Part shown: piece by piece, positions 19,444-29,295 of the stretch
Layout: each line of letters starts with the position of its first letter
How positions within the stretch are numbered: position 1 is the stretch's first letter
Assembly: GCA_044376225.1 (NCBI GenBank)
Contig: JBILLF010000006.1
Coordinates: 1-62,272 of the forward strand
Reading direction: 5' to 3'
DNA: 62,272 bases
Origin: Patescibacteria group bacterium
GTDB taxonomy: Bacteria; Bacteroidota; Ignavibacteria; Kapaibacteriales; Kapaibacteriaceae
Program-made: the position numbers and the translations under genes
Notes under the pieces: generated by a model
The model's input: only the letters and a program-made list of their open reading frames with translations
Database searches by the model: none
Told to the model about the DNA's origin: nothing

Positions 19444-20208
19444 TTAGAGCCTTTTATCGATCAAACCAACGTTGGCCTGAGCAGTGGGGGTGATCAGAAT
19501 GTCTTGGACGCTCACATGAGCCGGGCGTGTAGCGGCAAACACTACGCACTCTGCTATGTCGGCTCCGGTAAGGGGCTGATAGCCTTTGTACACGCCAGCA
19601 GCACGCTCGGAATCGCCATGGAAGCGGACTTCGGAGAACTCTGTTTCCACCAGACCCGGATCAATGTTGCAGATTCGCACGCCAGTGCCATTGACGTCGA
19701 TCTGCAGCGAGTCGGATATCATCTTTACGGCGGCCTTCGTAGCCCCATAAACATTGCCGCCGCGGTATGGCTGGATACCCGCGATTGAGGCGATGTTGAC
19801 GACAAGCCCTGTCGAGCGGGCGATCATGTGCGGAAGCACAGAGCGGGTAACGTAGAGAAGACCCTTGATGTTGGTGTCGATCATCTCTTCCCAGTCCTCG
19901 ACGAGTCCTTCCTGCAGCGGAAGCAGGCCGCGCGAGAGTCCGGCATTGTTCACCAGAACGTCCGGCGCGCGCAGCGGTTCTGGTAGCGACTCAACGGTTG
20001 AGCGCACAGCATCAAGGTCCCGCACATCTACGGCGGCTGTGTGCACGGAGACGCCGTACTGCTGCGTCAACGAGTCGGCGACTTCCTGCAGCCGGTCGTT
20101 GCGTCGGGCCCAAAGTGAGAGGTTCGCACCGAGGGATGCAAAGGCCTCGGCACAAGCACGGCCTATGCCCGACGAGGCACCAGTAACGATGACGTGGGTG
20201 GGTTTCAT
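19444..20208 (-). CDS. SDR oxidoreductase, YdfG/serine 3-dehydrogenase-like
   Basis: TGASSGIG, NNAGLSRG, MIDTNIKG, YGATK, ETEFSEVRF; start set at ATG 20208. Confidence 0.9.
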   Translation of the reverse strand: MKPTHVIVTGASSGIGRACAEAFASLGANLSLWARRNDRLQEVADSLTQQYGVSVHTAAVDVRDLDAVRSTVESLPEPLRAPDVLVNNAGLSRGLLPLQEGLVEDWEEMIDTNIKGLLYVTRSVLPHMIARSTGLVVNIASIAGIQPYRGGNVYGATKAAVKMISDSLQIDVNGTGVRICNIDPGLVETEFSEVRFHGDSERAAGVYKGYQPLTGADIAECVVFAATRPAHVSVQDILITPTAQANVGLIDKRL

Positions 20209-20213
20209 TGCCG

Positions 20214-20221
20214 TAAATTTA
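20214..20221. promoter_or_regulatory. Palindromic TAAATTTA, candidate shared bidirectional -7 element
   Basis: Lies in a 17-bp divergent intergenic gap, 4-5 nt from both ATGs. Confidence 0.5.
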
Positions 20222-20225
20222 TCAA

Positions 20226-21560
20226 ATGCATTCAGCCCCATCGTTATCTCGTGATCCATTGTCATTTGTCATGCCCCGGATAGACCGTGGCGAACTCTCC
20301 AACGGAACGCCGGTGTATGTCGTTCCGTCCTCAAGCAAAGACATTCTAACGATCACTCTCGCGCTCGACCACGGCTCCACGCGGGACGTCATTCAGGGCG
20401 ACACGTCGATGACCATGCAGATGCTCACGCTCGGCACCACAGGTCTGGATGCGGCTGCTTTTGCCGACGAAGTCGAGAGTCGGGGCTGCTGGCTACGAGC
20501 TTCCACTAGTCACGATAGCTCGTCATTGCAGGTAACGGGTCTGGGAGAGTGGTTTGAGGATGCTGCGCGCCTTATGGCCAGTTGTATCAGTGAACCGCGC
20601 TTTGATGCCGACGAGCTGGAGAAGTTAAAAACGCGCACGCTTGCTGATATCATGATCGACCGAAAGGACGTTGATTGGCTGGCAGCCCGTGCCGCTGGTC
20701 AGGGGGCATACGGTGACCACCCGTATGCTCGTGCCAAAGACGGCACTCCGCACTCACTGGCTGAGATCACGGTGGATCACCTTCGTAACGTGCACGCCTT
20801 GCTGCTGCGAGTGCCACGTAGGATCATCGTTGCCGGACCCATTACTATCGATCGTGCTCTACCGGTCCTGGAAAGCCTGTTCGGACCCCTTCCGTCAAGC
20901 GGTCATGCTGAAGAGCTTGCACTGCCGACGATAGGTTCGGGAATTGCTGTGATCGCCGATAACGACGAGGCCGTGCAGACGGCCTTTCGCATGATCCTTC
21001 CCTCGGTCTCGATGCATCATCCTGACTATGCTGCCGTACAGCTAATCACCACCGTGTTCGGTGGCTATTCGCTAGCGAGACTCTTTACGATCCTTCGTGA
21101 GGAGAAGGGATACACCTATGGGGCCTATGCTTCTCCGCACTCCCGTCACCTTGATTCGTCGATCATCATCAGCACCAGCGTTGGTAATGAGTTCACCGCT
21201 GACACCATGGCGACGATCGCCTCGGAGGTTGAGCGCCTTGGCTCGCAGATCATCCCTGACGAAGAACTCGAAAATGCACGGCAGTACATCTTGGGATCGT
21301 TTGCGCGCTCGTGTGAAACGCCGCAGCAGACGGCCTATCTGCTCTACACACTTCTGCAGTTCAACCTGCCATACGATCACTATGAGCAGTACATCCAAAG
21401 GGTACAGCAACTGACAGCGAGCGACCTCCTTGACGTGCAAAGACGTATCTATGACCGCAGTCGCTGGGTCGTGGGTGCTGCTGGAGTGGCATCAGAGATT
21501 GAGTCTGCCATCGCCCCCTTCACGTCAGAGGTTCGCCCGTGGAACGCACAGGGCTACTGA
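20226..21560 (+). CDS. M16 peptidase family protein, non-catalytic subunit
   Basis: LSNGTPV, YGDHPY, RLFTILREEKGYTYG; no HXXEH. Confidence 0.85.
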   Translation: MHSAPSLSRDPLSFVMPRIDRGELSNGTPVYVVPSSSKDILTITLALDHGSTRDVIQGDTSMTMQMLTLGTTGLDAAAFADEVESRGCWLRASTSHDSSSLQVTGLGEWFEDAARLMASCISEPRFDADELEKLKTRTLADIMIDRKDVDWLAARAAGQGAYGDHPYARAKDGTPHSLAEITVDHLRNVHALLLRVPRRIIVAGPITIDRALPVLESLFGPLPSSGHAEELALPTIGSGIAVIADNDEAVQTAFRMILPSVSMHHPDYAAVQLITTVFGGYSLARLFTILREEKGYTYGAYASPHSRHLDSSIIISTSVGNEFTADTMATIASEVERLGSQIIPDEELENARQYILGSFARSCETPQQTAYLLYTLLQFNLPYDHYEQYIQRVQQLTASDLLDVQRRIYDRSRWVVGAAGVASEIESAIAPFTSEVRPWNAQGY

Positions 21561-21567
21561 CCCCCTG

Positions 21568-22884
21568 ATGGTGCTCCTTGCCACTATACTTATCGTCGGC
21601 GCTGCCATAACGTTGATTGTGCGTCGCGTGGATGGGCGCCTTGTCCTGATCGTTGCCGGTGCGCTCCTTACTGCACTGATGGGCGCGCCAACGAAGATTC
21701 TCGATGCATTTCAGGGTGTGATGAGCAGAGGGGATATCATCGGACCGATCTGCACGGCCATGGGCTATGCCTTTGTGCTGCGCTTCACCGGGTGCGACAC
21801 CGAAATGGTTCGACTTCTTGTGCGTCCACTGCGACGTGTTTCATGGGCTCTGGTGCCCGGGGGGATCATGATCGGTTTCGTGACGAACATGGCCATCACC
21901 AGTCAGACGGCTGCTGCGGCCGCCGTGGGCCCCATCCTCGTTCCACTGATGGTTGCCGCAGGTTTTTCTCCGGTGGTATCCGGGGCAACCCTGCTGATCG
22001 GCTGTAGCGTTGGGGGTAATCTTTTCAATCCCGGCGAGCCCGACATTGTTGCGGTGAAGGGGGCTACCGGAGTCCCGATGGAAAGTGTCATCGACGCAGC
22101 TGTTGTTCCCACGCTCCTTGCTGCTGGTGTTGCCATCATTGCCCTGATGATTCTCGTTCATCGACGCGGATATCACACCGGCGGTGTCACTGCAGGCACT
22201 GACGAAGTTGCTGAAGGACCAGTCAGTGCTCTGCGAGCATTGCTAGCCCCTTTGCCGGTGCTCCTGCTGTTTCTTCTGCAACCGCGCTTCAACCTCATTC
22301 CGGTTGTCCAACAGATCTGGCCCAATGGAATTGCCGTCAGTGCTATCATGATCATCTGCACGGCGTTGGTCATGATCGTGACGACGTCCGATTGGCGGTC
22401 GTTCGGACGTCATTCGAGTGCCATTACGGTTGAGTTCTTCTCCGGTATGGGGTATGCGTTCACGAACGTGATCTCGGTGATCATTGCGGCAACGTGTTTT
22501 CTTGCCGGACTCGAGGCCGTTGGAGCGATTCGTCAGTTCACGGGTCTGCTTTCGGGAAGTCCAGCTCTGGCAGCTGTCTTGAGTCCGGCTCTGACCTGGA
22601 TACTTGCCGTGATCAGCGGTTCGGGGACAGCCCCAAGCGTTGCCTTCTCTCAGGCCGTTCTGCCGGCGCTATCCATTTCAGGTAGTCTCGGCCAGGCCGT
22701 CATGCTTGGAGTTATCGGTGCCATCGGGGCGAGTATCGGACGGACAATGTCGCCAGTGTCGGCTGTGATGCACTTTTCGAGTACCATCTCTGGAGCTGGT
22801 GTTACCGAACTGGTTCGTTTGGTCTGGATTCCGATGGTTGCAGCGCTGCTGTCAACCATCCTCTACGGGCTCGTATTTTCGTAG
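21568..22884 (+). CDS. dcuC: DcuC-family C4-dicarboxylate transporter
   Basis: Many TM helices; ITSQTAAAAAVGPIL, NPG, SGSG.AP, GRTMSPVSA. Confidence 0.75.
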   Translation: MVLLATILIVGAAITLIVRRVDGRLVLIVAGALLTALMGAPTKILDAFQGVMSRGDIIGPICTAMGYAFVLRFTGCDTEMVRLLVRPLRRVSWALVPGGIMIGFVTNMAITSQTAAAAAVGPILVPLMVAAGFSPVVSGATLLIGCSVGGNLFNPGEPDIVAVKGATGVPMESVIDAAVVPTLLAAGVAIIALMILVHRRGYHTGGVTAGTDEVAEGPVSALRALLAPLPVLLLFLLQPRFNLIPVVQQIWPNGIAVSAIMIICTALVMIVTTSDWRSFGRHSSAITVEFFSGMGYAFTNVISVIIAATCFLAGLEAVGAIRQFTGLLSGSPALAAVLSPALTWILAVISGSGTAPSVAFSQAVLPALSISGSLGQAVMLGVIGAIGASIGRTMSPVSAVMHFSSTISGAGVTELVRLVWIPMVAALLSTILYGLVFS

Positions 22885-22887
22885 CCC

Positions 22888-24045
22888 ATGAGTCTTCTCT
22901 ACGTCGATTATGCGGCCACGACTCCCCTTGACGAACGGGTGCTCGAGGCCATGATGCCCTATCTGACCAGTGTGTTCTACAACGCCACCAGTTCGCATGC
23001 GGGCGGTATGCAGGCGCAGGGGGCCGTTATACGGGCGCGCATGGATGTGGCGCGGCATATCGGTGCACAGTTTGATGAGATCGTTTTCACCGCTGGCGCC
23101 ACTGAGTCCGTTAACATCGCCATTCAGGGGTGTGCTGCGGGTGAGCACCGCCTGGCAGGTGCTCGCCGGACAATCGTCAGTGTACGCTCCGAGCATGTAG
23201 CGGTGCGCGATACGGTGGCCCGCTGCGCCGAGGATGGCTTTGAGATCCGCTGGCTTCCGGTCGATGCCGACGGCAGGATCATCATGGACGATGCCGAGCG
23301 TTTGATCGACGACGGCGTACTGTTCGTTTCCGTAATGCTCGTCAATAATGAGACCGGCGTGCTGCAGAATCTTCCCGCACTCTCGGCACTGGCGCACCGC
23401 CACGGGGCGCTGATGATGACCGATGCGACGCAGGCATATGGCAAGATCCCGATCAACGTCGAGTCCATGGGTATAGATCTCATGGCCTTTTCGGGACACA
23501 AGATCTATGGACCCAAAGGCGTCGGAGCACTGTATGTGCGTCGATCCGCAGTCCCGCTGGTCCGCCCCCTGATGGTCGGAGGAGGTCAGGAAGGGGGCCT
23601 GCGCAGCGGCACATCAAACGTAGCGGGCATCGTGGGACTTGCAGCCGCCGGCAACATTGCCCACGAGGCACTGGAGTCCGAAGCAGCCCGGATATGGGCT
23701 CTGCGTGACAAGTTTGAGTCGGCCATGGAGGGCCTTCCGAACGTTTCCGTCAACTGCGCCCGGGTACCTCGCGTGTCAACCATCAGCAGCGTAACCTTTG
23801 GGAACAAGCCGGCCGAGCTGTTGCTTGGTTCCATGCCAGACATAGCATGCAGTAAGGGAAGTGCATGCTCATCTTCTAAACCGATACCGTCGGCAGTGCT
23901 AACGGCTATGGGGCGAAGTTCCGAACAGGCTGAAGCAACATTGCGTTTTTCCTTTGGACGCCATACAACAGAAGCCGATATCGATCGACTTATTCACACC
24001 GTGACGTCAGCCATCGAGCAGACGTCCGTCTCTCATCAATCCTGA
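22888..24045 (+). CDS. iscS: Cysteine desulfurase (IscS/NifS class V aminotransferase)
   Basis: YVDYAATTP, NNETG, DATQ, SGHKIYGPKG, GSACSS. Confidence 0.9.
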   Translation: MSLLYVDYAATTPLDERVLEAMMPYLTSVFYNATSSHAGGMQAQGAVIRARMDVARHIGAQFDEIVFTAGATESVNIAIQGCAAGEHRLAGARRTIVSVRSEHVAVRDTVARCAEDGFEIRWLPVDADGRIIMDDAERLIDDGVLFVSVMLVNNETGVLQNLPALSALAHRHGALMMTDATQAYGKIPINVESMGIDLMAFSGHKIYGPKGVGALYVRRSAVPLVRPLMVGGGQEGGLRSGTSNVAGIVGLAAAGNIAHEALESEAARIWALRDKFESAMEGLPNVSVNCARVPRVSTISSVTFGNKPAELLLGSMPDIACSKGSACSSSKPIPSAVLTAMGRSSEQAEATLRFSFGRHTTEADIDRLIHTVTSAIEQTSVSHQS

Positions 24046-24060
24046 AAGCCCCTTACCATC

Positions 24061-25032
24061 ATGTCAGATACCGTCCTGGTTGGCAAGCTTGCCGAGAATA
24101 TCACCTCCGTCAAGAAGGAGATCTCGAAGGTCATCGTCGGACAGCACGACGTCGTGGATCAGCTTCTTGTATCGCTCTTTGCCCGCGGCCATTGTCTGCT
24201 GGTGGGCGTGCCAGGTCTTGCAAAGACGCTGCTCATTCGCACGTTGGCCGACTCACTGGATTTGACATTTTCGCGCGTGCAATTCACGCCGGACCTCATG
24301 CCGGGCGATATCACAGGTACCGAAGTGATCGAGGATAACCTCTCAACAGGGCAGAAGACCTTCCGCTTTGTTAAGGGGCCAGTGTTTGCCAACATGGTGC
24401 TGGCCGATGAGATCAACCGCACGCCGCCCAAGACGCAGGCCGCGCTGCTTGAGGCCATGCAGGAGCACAGCGTTACGGCATCTGGCACTACCTACCGTCT
24501 GGAAGAGCCATTCTTTGTTCTCGCCACGCAGAACCCAATCGAACAGGAAGGAACGTATCCACTCCCCGAAGCTCAGCTCGACCGGTTTATGTTCAACCTG
24601 CGGCTTGACTATCCTTCGTACAGCGAAGAAGTAGATGTTGTCCGCACCACGACCAGTGGCACCTCGGCAAAAGTAAACACCGTTATGGCCTCCAATGACA
24701 TCGTGACGTATCAGGACTTGGTACGCCGCGTTCCGGTTGCTGATAATGTGATAGAATACGCCGTCAAGCTTGTCCGCGCGACTCGCCCCACAGAGACCAC
24801 CGTCAAGATGGTTAAGGACTATATCAGTTACGGGGCTGGTCCACGAGCTTCACAGTACCTTGTGCTCGGCGCAAAGAGCCGCGCCGCCCTGCATGGCCGC
24901 TTCACACCCGGCATCGACGACGTTAAGGCCGTTGCTCACAGCGTACTGCGCCACCGCATCGTCACCAACTTCTCGGCCGAAGCCGAAGGTGTGACGACAG
25001 ATGGGATTGTGAGTGAATTACTGAATTACTGA
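24061..25032 (+). CDS. MoxR family AAA+ ATPase
   Basis: GVPGLAKT, RVQFTPDLMPGDI, LADEINRTPPKTQAALLEAM, ATQNPIEQEGTYPLPEAQLDRF. Confidence 0.95.
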   Translation: MSDTVLVGKLAENITSVKKEISKVIVGQHDVVDQLLVSLFARGHCLLVGVPGLAKTLLIRTLADSLDLTFSRVQFTPDLMPGDITGTEVIEDNLSTGQKTFRFVKGPVFANMVLADEINRTPPKTQAALLEAMQEHSVTASGTTYRLEEPFFVLATQNPIEQEGTYPLPEAQLDRFMFNLRLDYPSYSEEVDVVRTTTSGTSAKVNTVMASNDIVTYQDLVRRVPVADNVIEYAVKLVRATRPTETTVKMVKDYISYGAGPRASQYLVLGAKSRAALHGRFTPGIDDVKAVAHSVLRHRIVTNFSAEAEGVTTDGIVSELLNY

Positions 25033-25340
25033 GTTACTGAATTACGGAAGTACTGAATTACTGAAGTACTGAAGTACTGAATTACTGAAGTGCTGAATTA
25101 CTGAGTTACTGAATTACGTGATTCCGTAATTCCGTGATTCCGTAATTCCGTAATTCCGTAATTCCGTAATTCCGTAACTCCGTAATTCCGTGATTCCGTA
25201 ATTCCGTGATTCCGTAATTCCGTAATTCCGTGATTCCGTAATTCCGTGATTCCGTAATTCCGTGATTCCGTAATTCCGTAATTCCGTAATTCCGTAATTC
25301 CGTAATTCCGTAATTCCGCAATTCCGTAATTCCGCAATTC
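25015..25340. repeat. Bipolar 8-bp tandem array: 13 x GAATTAC(T/G), then 28 x CGTAATTC
   Basis: Counted by eye; orientation flips at GAATTACGTGATTC (about 25111-25124). Confidence 0.95.
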
Positions 25341-25363
25341 GTCTTCCGTAACTTGCGCCCCTT

Positions 25364-26668
25364 ATGGGTCTCGTAGCAATCGTCGGCCGACCAAACGTTG
25401 GCAAATCAACGCTGTTCAATCGCATCATTGAGGAGCGGCACGCCATTGTGGAAGGCGAGCCGGGGGTGACCCGTGACCGGCTGTATGCCCGGGCCGAGTG
25501 GGGAGGCAAGCACTTCGATATCGTTGACACCGGCGGAATTGTTCCGCAAAGTGACGATGTCTTCGAGAAGGCCATTCGTGAGCAGGCGATGCTGGCAATC
25601 GAAGAGGCCGATGTGATCCTGTTTGCAGTGGACGGACGCGATGGCATCACACCAGTCGACGAGACCATCGCTTCGATGCTCCGTTCGGGTAAAAAACCCG
25701 TTGTGCTGGTTGTGAACAAGTGTGATAACGCCATCTCCGACATGAACTCGGCTGAGTTCTATGCCTTGGGCTTAGGTGATCCATTCCCGATATCGGCTTT
25801 GAACGGACGCAGCACGGGCGACTTTCTTGATGCCGTCATTGAGCATCTTGATCAGGGGTCTGACCAGGAGGACACGCGTCTGAAGATCGCCATCGTCGGA
25901 CGTCCAAACGTTGGAAAGAGTTCATTGACGAACGCGTTGCTGGGCAAGGATCGCATGGTGGTAACTCCGGTTGCCGGCACCACACGCGACGCCATTGACA
26001 GCGTGTTAACGTATTACGGCGAGCAGGTTGTTCTGATCGACACGGCCGGCCTTCGCCGACGCAGCCAGATCAAGGAGAGCGTTGAGCTCTATAGCACCAT
26101 GCGCACCTCACGTGCCATCGACCGTTGTGACGTGGCCGTTGTCGTCATCGACGCTGTGCAGGGACTAGAAGCACAGGACAAGCGCATCATCAGCGAGGTG
26201 GAGCAGGCTCGTAAGGGTATCATCATCGCGCTGAACAAGTGGGATCTGATCGAAAAGGACACCAAGACCGCCGACATGTTCATGCAGAAGATCCGTGATG
26301 AGCTGCGCACTCTTGACTATGTGCCGATCATCACAATCTCGGCTGTTACAAAGCAGCGAATCACCAAGCTCGTTGAGATGGCCAAGCAGATCCAGGCGCG
26401 GCGCTGCGTGCGCATTCCAACGCACGAGTTAAACGAAGAGCTTATCGCTATGCTGGAACGCACGCCCCCTCCAAGCGTAAAAGGGCGCGACCTACGCATT
26501 AACTACGTCACACAGGTGAGTACAGAGCCGCCTCTGTTTGCCTTCTTCCTGAACTTCCCTGAGCTGTTGCCGGAAGCATATAAGCGATTCATCGAACGTC
26601 AGCTCCGCAACATCCATGACTTAGAGGGAGTACCGATCAGCTTCGTGTTTCGCAAGAAGAGCGGGTAA
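25364..26668 (+). CDS. der: Ribosome biogenesis GTPase Der (EngA)
   Basis: Two GRPNVGKS G-domains, DTGG/DTAG, NKCD/NKWD, KH-like C-terminus. Confidence 0.97.
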   Translation: MGLVAIVGRPNVGKSTLFNRIIEERHAIVEGEPGVTRDRLYARAEWGGKHFDIVDTGGIVPQSDDVFEKAIREQAMLAIEEADVILFAVDGRDGITPVDETIASMLRSGKKPVVLVVNKCDNAISDMNSAEFYALGLGDPFPISALNGRSTGDFLDAVIEHLDQGSDQEDTRLKIAIVGRPNVGKSSLTNALLGKDRMVVTPVAGTTRDAIDSVLTYYGEQVVLIDTAGLRRRSQIKESVELYSTMRTSRAIDRCDVAVVVIDAVQGLEAQDKRIISEVEQARKGIIIALNKWDLIEKDTKTADMFMQKIRDELRTLDYVPIITISAVTKQRITKLVEMAKQIQARRCVRIPTHELNEELIAMLERTPPPSVKGRDLRINYVTQVSTEPPLFAFFLNFPELLPEAYKRFIERQLRNIHDLEGVPISFVFRKKSG

Positions 26669-26674
26669 TCCCCC

Positions 26675-27418
26675 TTACAGCATCGGGAGGATTTCAAGCA
26701 TCAGCACGGCAATGCCGACGGCCAGGACGACCCAGCCAAAAGCTGTTCGAAGGGTGGCGTCCTTGACCCAACGAGATGCGATCGTTCCTGTGTATATGCC
26801 CGCGGTCATGAGCCCTGTGAATGACAAGACGAGGGGCCACTGGTAGGGGATACCGTTCCCAATATCAACGCCGACACCTACTGCGGAGTTGATAGAGATC
26901 AGTACGAGGGATGTGGCTACTGCACGCTTCATGTCGAGACCCGCAAGGAGCACAAGTGCCGGGGTGATCAAAAAGCCACCGCCAACGCCCAAGATTCCGC
27001 TTACAAAACCGACCAGCACACCGTAAACAGTCAACTTCACACGATCGGTCGAGGTCTGTGCCGGACCTTTGACTCGGAGCATACGGACGGCGACAAGTAC
27101 CAGAATGATTCCGAACCCCAGCATCTGAAAGCGATCATCCGTGTGGGGGGCGATGTAGTGTCGGACGATATACATCGAGATCACCGTTGGTATGCCAAAG
27201 TCAATCAGGGCGCGGCCATCGACGAGATGCTGACGGAGGTACTGCACGGATGCAAACGCCGAAGAGACGGCGACCATGAATAACGCATAGCCCCCTGCGA
27301 TATCCGGATCTATTTCCCCCAAATACACCATAGCCGGCACGGCAACGATAGCTCCACCAGCACCAAGCATCCCGAGAGACACTCCGATAAAAAAAGAGAT
27401 GAAGTAGAGTGCAGTCAT
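26675..27418 (-). CDS. TauE/SafE sulfite exporter family
   Basis: GMLGAGG and GILGVGGGFLITP repeats, AVATSL, multiple TM helices. Confidence 0.88.
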   Translation of the reverse strand: MTALYFISFFIGVSLGMLGAGGAIVAVPAMVYLGEIDPDIAGGYALFMVAVSSAFASVQYLRQHLVDGRALIDFGIPTVISMYIVRHYIAPHTDDRFQMLGFGIILVLVAVRMLRVKGPAQTSTDRVKLTVYGVLVGFVSGILGVGGGFLITPALVLLAGLDMKRAVATSLVLISINSAVGVGVDIGNGIPYQWPLVLSFTGLMTAGIYTGTIASRWVKDATLRTAFGWVVLAVGIAVLMLEILPML

Positions 27419-27430
27419 TGCACGATCACT

Positions 27431-27724
27431 TTACCATACAAGCATGCCGCCGCGAAGATTCACGGGTTTGGCAAAGCCCTGCATCTGCAGGAACATGCAC
27501 GCCTGACCGCTACGATTGCCCGAGCGGCAATAGACGATGATCTCCTTGTCGCGTAGCAACTCCAACTCAGAAAGTCGCATGGGCAGCTCGCCGAGTGGAA
27601 TAAGCATAGAGTTCGGAATACTCTTTTCTGCATGCTCCTCCGGCTGACGTACATCGAGAAGCACCACATTTTCGCTGGCCGCTAAGCGAGCCTTGAGATC
27701 TTCGGGAAGGATTTCGTTAATCAT
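27431..27724 (-). CDS. Single-domain rhodanese
   Basis: LLDVRQPEE, YCRSGNRS, NLRGGM. Confidence 0.9.
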   Translation of the reverse strand: MINEILPEDLKARLAASENVVLLDVRQPEEHAEKSIPNSMLIPLGELPMRLSELELLRDKEIIVYCRSGNRSGQACMFLQMQGFAKPVNLRGGMLVW

Positions 27725-29133
27725 GCGGATTCTCCTTGTTCTACAGGCGCGCCTGAGGATTTCCAACCACCAAAGCCCTGCGGAAAATTGTGGATGTTGG
27801 TAAATCCTTCGCGCATCAGATAACTAGAGGCGATGCTTGACCGGTCGCCGCCCTGACAAGCAATGACCACTGGCGTATCGCGAGGAACATCGTCCAGATG
27901 ATCGCGCAGGTACCCACCGTGAATGTTCCGTGCTCCAGGAATGTGCCCGGCAATATGCTCGGACTCTGACCGCACGTCTATCACCGTCACCGACGGATCG
28001 GTGTAAGCGTTCTGGAGTTCATCGAGGTGCATCTGGCGCAGCTCCGCCAGGTCGTGTCCAGCCTCCTGCCAGTCTGTCACATTCGGGTAGCTGCCGGCTA
28101 TGGTATCGAGACCGATGCGCATGAGCTTGCGCGCGATTTCGTCAAGCTGTTCTCCGTGGGCGATGATAATGAAAGGGGCATCATAGGGCACCATCCAGCC
28201 GGCCCAGGTCGAGAAGGACTTGTTGTTTTGGATGTTGATCGAACCGGGAAGATGTCCGCCAGCAAAGGAAACCTTTGAGCGGGCATCGACGATCATCGTG
28301 CGCTTCTCGGTGGCGGCACTGAGCTCGTCGAGCGACAATGTCCTAACCTGCGGAACCCCGGTCAGGAGGGACCGTGGTACCTTGTTGAGCTTCTTCATCA
28401 TCGCGAAATAGCGAGGAGGCTCCGGCTGACCCGACAGAAGTTCATCGACAAAAGCCTGCTCGTCGGTGTGGCGAAGGGCCCAGTTGACGAGTTTTTCATA
28501 GCCGACCGTTGAGGATGGAATGGCCCCGAGGGCCTTGCCACAGGCCGAGCCAGCGCCGTGAGCGGGGTGGACCTGAATGTGCTCCGGCAGTGCCTTGAAT
28601 CGCTTCAGCGACTGCCACATTTGACGTGCGCCATCTTCCATCGTACCGCGGTAGCCGGCAGCCTTCTCGAGCAGGTCTGGCCGTCCAACGTCGCCCACAA
28701 AGACGAAGTCGCCGGTGAAGATCATGATCGGCTGATCAGCAATGGCGGGCGTATCAGTGGCCAGAAAGCAGATGTGCTCCGGGGTATGACCCGGAGTGTA
28801 CATGACCTGGATCTTAATGTTTCCGACCATGAACACGTCACCGTCACGCACGCCATGGTGCGGGAACTCATACTGCCACTCATCGCCACCTTCATCGCTC
28901 AGAAACATCGGCGCACCCGTCATTGAAGCCAGTTCGCGCGTTCCGCTCAAAAAGTCGGCATGGATGTGGGTCTCGGCTAGATGCGTGATGCGCAGGCCCT
29001 CGCGCTTGGCGATGTCGAGGTACGTATCGACATCCCGCTTGGCATCAATCACCAGGCATTCGCCTGTCTTCTGACAGCCGACCATGTAGGATGCGTGTGC
29101 CAGGCCGGTTTCATAGATCTGCTGGAAGAACAT
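27721..29133 (-). CDS. MBL-fold persulfide dioxygenase + two rhodanese domains (CstB/Blh-like)
   Basis: ETHIHADF, TPGHTPEH, TGDFVFVGDVGRPDL, HGAGSACG, ACQGGDRS. Confidence 0.9.
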   Translation of the reverse strand: MFFQQIYETGLAHASYMVGCQKTGECLVIDAKRDVDTYLDIAKREGLRITHLAETHIHADFLSGTRELASMTGAPMFLSDEGGDEWQYEFPHHGVRDGDVFMVGNIKIQVMYTPGHTPEHICFLATDTPAIADQPIMIFTGDFVFVGDVGRPDLLEKAAGYRGTMEDGARQMWQSLKRFKALPEHIQVHPAHGAGSACGKALGAIPSSTVGYEKLVNWALRHTDEQAFVDELLSGQPEPPRYFAMMKKLNKVPRSLLTGVPQVRTLSLDELSAATEKRTMIVDARSKVSFAGGHLPGSINIQNNKSFSTWAGWMVPYDAPFIIIAHGEQLDEIARKLMRIGLDTIAGSYPNVTDWQEAGHDLAELRQMHLDELQNAYTDPSVTVIDVRSESEHIAGHIPGARNIHGGYLRDHLDDVPRDTPVVIACQGGDRSSIASSYLMREGFTNIHNFPQGFGGWKSSGAPVEQGESA

Positions 29134-29259
29134 TGTAGCTTCGGTTTAAGCTTTAAGGATAGGGGAGAGCCAAATTACCCCTTCTGGGTGGAACTTTTGG
29201 CCACGGCAATGGGTAAACCGTGTGGGTATCTTTTTTCATGTGGCAACACGTGTCCAAAG

Positions 29260-29267
29260 TACCTTTG
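29260..29267 (+). promoter_or_regulatory. -7 promoter element TACCTTTG of the sugar locus
   Basis: Consensus match 28 nt before MFS ATG. Confidence 0.6.
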
Positions 29268-29295
29268 CAAAAGCGTAACACTGGGGTAAAGCGTA

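Noticed and set aside
25098-25743. ITELRNYG-repeat ORFs on the minus strand
   Set aside because: The same peptide appears in all three frames because of the 8-bp period, and the longest ORF is antisense to der.
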